A DNA stretch of 64,000 nt. Origin: Lytechinus pictus. Taxonomy: Eukaryota. Positions 50,805 to 64,000 of the stretch are shown here, in pieces; positions within the stretch are counted from its first letter, which is position 1; every line of letters starts with the position of its first letter. The notes under the pieces were generated by a model, which saw only the letters and a list, made by a program, of their open reading frames with translations, had not been told where the DNA came from and did not search any database. Location of the stretch: NCBI RefSeq assembly GCF_037042905.1, contig NC_087251.1:10480001-10544000 (forward strand), written 5' to 3'. The position numbers and the translations under genes are program-made.

Positions 50805-51419
50805 TACCGTAAGGGCACTAGTATTCAACCCATTTGGAGAGTTTCCTCAAATATATAGAAATATAGAATTTACCTGAATTTCAGACCCGTCTTATTTCCA
50901 AGAGCAAATGCTGGTTATTCTTTTTCCGTTATTTTTTTCTTCAACCAGTTGACTGTTTGCGCGGGCGATCGAATTATACGGCGACGGATTTTGGTACTAG
51001 TATTCAACCCGTCGGCACTAGTATTCAACCTAGCGATGAAAGATGGCCCTGTCTCTCAATCTGCCCTTGTCCCATCCGACTATGGACTAGACCATTTGAG
51101 ATGAGACCAAACAGGGAATTAATCAAAGCCAGAGACTTACATAGATCTAGATCTAATTTAGCATTCTAAACCCTTTTGAGATTTGCTATCAATCCTCACT
51201 AGGTTGAATACTAGTACCATTCAGTGCAAAAGGCAATCGCCGCATAATTCGATCCTCCGCGCATACAGTCAACAGATTGACAAAGAAAATATCGACAACA
51301 GATTACCCTGGAAATAACAAAGGTATGAAATTAAGATAAATTCCCTATTTCTAAATATTTTGGGGAATATGTCAAAATCTTTGAATTATGCCGGGTTGAA
51401 TACTAGTACCCATACGGTA
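50805..51419. mobile_element. Tc1/pogo-like MITE
   Basis: TA|CCGTA.GGG.ACTAGTATTCAACCC and its mirror. The actagtattcaacc motif occurs 3 times in the left half and twice inverted in the right half. Confidence 0.82.
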
Positions 51420-53249
51420 CCTATGATTTATATTAAATACTGGTCAATAAATGCAAAATTTACGATGATGAATTGAATTACTAATAATGCGATGAAATTG
51501 TAAAAAGCACAAGGTATTGTTCATGTCATGATATAAGCTTTTGACATTTCAATGAAGGTACCGGTCAAATACTTAAAAATGCTGTTCAGGAACATGATGG
51601 CATGTTTGTCATTAAAAAATACAAAACTACTGGTACAGTATTTCACTCAAGATGATCTTATTGCACTGAGGTAACGACCATGTTTCAAAATATTTTGTTT
51701 TGAATGATCAAAACATGTATGCAATTACATTACAAAATATTCAAATGAAAAAGAAATAGAATTAGCGCAAATATTTTTAATTACAATTTAGTCAATATTT
51801 TCCCTTCTTATTTGTCTCCCTTTTTGGTAGAACTTATCAAACATCAAATTTACACAATGAATCATTCATGTCGCAATAAGTGATTCCAGCATTGCCATTT
51901 CAAGCATCCAATCGTTTTGCTCATGGTTAATCAATTCTAGCATTATTATTTTCTGCCAGATCCCAAGAATGAAACAATTGCTTATAATGTGACATACACA
52001 ATAGCATGCCATTGACTGTTTCATATCCATAAACATGTCAATATGTGTTGTTGGGCAATCAAAGCACAAAAAGAAGATATGCATGGATGGCTAACATGTT
52101 TCCTATTTTTGATTCGTCGAGTCTTCTGGATTACAATACACATAGCTTAGCAATTAAACAAAGAACTGTATCTTCCTGTATCTCCAACTATGTTTCCGAA
52201 ATTCAGAAAATCGGCAACTTGAAAAGGGAATCATGGCCACACCACCTACCAATAAAGCCAATAAAATAAGGAACAAGCAAGGAAGTATTTGGTGTCGTGG
52301 GAAAGGGTATTGGAGTGGCTAATGCATGGAACACAAAAGGGATAAGAAAAAAAAAACCTGCTTGTAAGTATTGCAGGAAAGCAGCTGCAGACTCATCGCT
52401 CCTGCTTGAAGAAGCATTAAGAGACACCAGGCAAAATATCAGCTTAGAAAAATAATGCTGGTCTTCAATTCACAAATCTACTTCAGATACGCCATACAGT
52501 ACTTGCCCATTTCCTTAAATGCCATTCGATCGCCACACTCGAATGCGTCGGCAAAAACAAATTTCTCCTACAAAAGGAGAAGAGTCTGCAATGCAGACTA
52601 GAGCCCCACATGATAAGGTGAGGAAACCCAGCTTACTATAAATACCTCTTGCGTGCAGCTCACCTCCTCTTTCTTTTGCCGGCGCCAGAACCGTAAGGTC
52701 TGTGGCTCTTACGCTCCAGATTTTCTCAAAATACACCTGGCTATTTTCTACAATTCTTTGTCCACTTCAGAGATCAATTACCAGCCAAGCTGGATCAAAG
52801 GATTCCCCAATTACAAGATCCATAGAAACTGAGGTATAAAAGTCCCCATTCAGGATAAAAACCACAAAAACAGAGGTCCTAAAATCCGTTGATGGTAACA
52901 ACATGTCAAATAACAGAGGCCTTATCCCCGTTGACAGCAAAACGAAAGACAGAGGTTCAAAGAACCCAAGTCTTGAATTAAGACGGAGGCAGGAAAATCC
53001 CTGTCAAGACCAAGTCTAAAGGAGGAGATGTAGGTTTTAAAATCCCTTTCCCTTGTCACAGCAAGCAGTTCAGAGGACCACTATTCTGTAATGATAAAAA
53101 GTCATACTGCATCTGGAAGTACCAAGTCTTGAATTTCACTTCAACAAAATGCACTTAACCAATACAAAATGTTGCTCAGACAATTAAGGAAGAGTCAAAG
53201 GAAGATATATCAGGAAAACCAGTTTTCAGAGAGTACAGATCATCCAACA

Positions 53250-54061
53250 AGAATGTAATTTGTCATGGTGCAGTACTTATGTGAACAGACAAGAAACTAT
53301 GGATTGTACTTTTAGGATTCCAGGAGAAACTGAAGAAATATTTAAAGCATCAGGAAGGTAGTTCTTCAACTTGCTCAAAAAGTCTCTTGAAGACTACCAA
53401 AAGGGACTAGCATCAGACATAGCAACCAACATGACTGGAGAACATGACAGATTTTGGAGCAGAGTAAGAGTAGAAGCACCTAACTGTACTGCTGGAGTAT
53501 GTGCCACTCACTTGATCTCGAGGGCATTAGATGCCTCGACATCCAACATCGGATTCATGCTAGGCGAGGTTCCCGGCTACTTTAGTCACTGCCATTTGAA
53601 AAGAGAGGCCTAGAAGTCATTGTATGAGGCATTCTGTGATAACAGAAGGAGGATGACCTATTTAAAAAAATGACTTTCAAGAAAATATCCATGACTTGCT
53701 TTGTGAAAAAGATCACTCAGGCTGAGGAACACTGCAGAAAAGTGAGACTGCACATTTGGAAGGAAGAAGAGGGGTTCAAAGATGGAATTCAAGAAGATCC
53801 TCAAGAACTTGCAAATATAATTTTTCAACACATGAACTCATCAGAGAAACATCATACAAGGCATTATCACTATCATACCCTATCTCCAATGCAGCAGAGG
53901 AGAGTATCATCTTCAGATATGACCTGGACAAAAACAAGTACAGAAATCAGCTGGCAACCAAAGCAGTTAAAACTACTGTCCTCACAAATCACAAATGTGG
54001 TGATAACTTCATAGTCACAAAGAAAACACTTCACAAGTTCAACAATAGCTTCTCTGAATAG
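53250..54061 (+). pseudogene. Second hAT transposase remnant (catalytic insertion region plus C-terminal dimerisation motif); decayed ORF-like sequence may extend upstream to about 52050
   Basis: GLASDIATNMTG...APNCTAGVCATHLISRA...YFSH..KRE resembles the hAT D..S.M.G and CxxH motifs. LSYPISNAAEESI.F...KNKYRNQL resembles the hATC P.SNA..ER.FS...K.RN.L motif. Multiple stops and frameshifts. Confidence 0.7.
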
Positions 54062-54584
54062 CACTGTTGAGTCATGTGTGTTCCTATAGATTTATCCATA
54101 ATGAGTATATATCTTTAATCGTTATTGTAGTCAGTGTAGAGTATACCATAAGTTGAACAAAACAAGCATATTTAAACAAGTAAATAAACAATTTTTTTAA
54201 CAATTAGAGTCCTCACTAGGGATTTTTTTTTAATATTGTGATTTTAAAAATTTTTATTTTTGGGGGGGTCCAATTTGTGGCTTTTTCAAGAGCCCTTCGC
54301 AATTTTCTTCACCTTGGACCTGGCAACACTTTGCACAATAAAAAACTACAACTACCAACATCTGCAACAAAGATGATCATAACATGTCTGTTACATTTCC
54401 TGACAAAAATATACAATCTGCCCCAATCCCTGTAATCAACAAAATACATTGTATTATTCTCTTCAATATGGTATAGTGCCTTTGTCTTTGGGGATAACTG
54501 AGATGCAAGCAGAATATCACAACAACAAAAAATCCAAAATTTTTGAGAGACAAATGCTTGACCCCAGCAATGCATTGTTTACAT

Positions 54585-63309
<8,725 letters not shown>

Positions 63310-63332
63310 CTGAAAACATTTAAGTAAAAGGA

Positions 63333-63525
63333 TACAGTCAAACCTGATTTATGATCAGTGACCATCAATCTATGGAGATCAAACATTTGGTCTTCCTAAC
63401 ATAGCATTCCCCCAATAAAACATACTATACAGGAACCTGTCTGTAAAGACCAACTGCCCATAAAGACATTTTTTTCTTGTCTCCCTTGAGTGGTGTTTAA
63501 ATAATAGATTTTTTTATAATACTGA
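63333..63525. mobile_element. Decayed Tc1/Tigger-like MITE
   Basis: TA|CAGTCAAACCTG start and internal aacctgtc..taaagacca repeats; the right end is eroded. Confidence 0.5.
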
Positions 63526-64000
63526 AACTGAAAAACATAAGTGTACAGTTATTCTTCCACTGGCAAATTCACTTTTTCTTTCATATCAGATAAAATAATT
63601 TCCAATAAAAGAAAATAGTACCTTTCCATTTTGGTGACTGTTTATAACCCTACATTATTATACTTGTCTTACTTAATTCTCCCACAAGAGCAAAGATACA
63701 ATAAGTTCTTATGATTCTAGTATTGATTAGTTTACTTGGATTTATACTGAACATGATGTACTTAAAGTATGCCCAGTTTCAGGTAAATAATCCCTTCACA
63801 TAAATTTACACTGAAGTTCTAATCCACCTTTTGTTACCTTTGCCAAGTACCCCATTAGACAAAGATTAAACATTTATCGATTCATTTTTTTTTTCAAACG
63901 TAATATTCAAACTTAAATAATTTTGAAACACCTCTCTGGTGTCACTTTTAAGACACCCAGTCAGTGCAAAAAAGGGTACAGATTATGAAAATCTTGAGGA

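Overview
AT-rich eukaryotic genomic DNA with spliceosomal introns. The repeat types suggest an invertebrate deuterostome, most likely a sea urchin (inference). Four conserved genes were rebuilt exon by exon with consistent GT-AG phases: EFCAB11 (-, 8674-16400), TSNAX/TRAX (+, probable start 22020, stop 34188), WDR92/DNAAF10 (+, 37886-47300, complete) and fumarate hydratase FH (-, 54585-63309, 5' end beyond the window). The rest is dense transposon material: a decayed DIRS-like retrotransposon, two hAT transposase relics, a rearranged Tc1/mariner element, a LINE RNase H relic, a tRNA-derived SINE and more than 20 non-autonomous DNA elements, many nested 3-4 deep with readable target-site duplications (TSDs). 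I see no CRISPR array or novel protein-coding system. The best leads are a non-autonomous family with 5-bp termini and 9-bp TSDs, nested hairpin elements and excision footprints in first introns, a 3'UTR intron or alternative last exon in EFCAB11, alternative first exons of TSNAX, and two template-switch rearrangements. All assignments were made by eye; no database searches were run.
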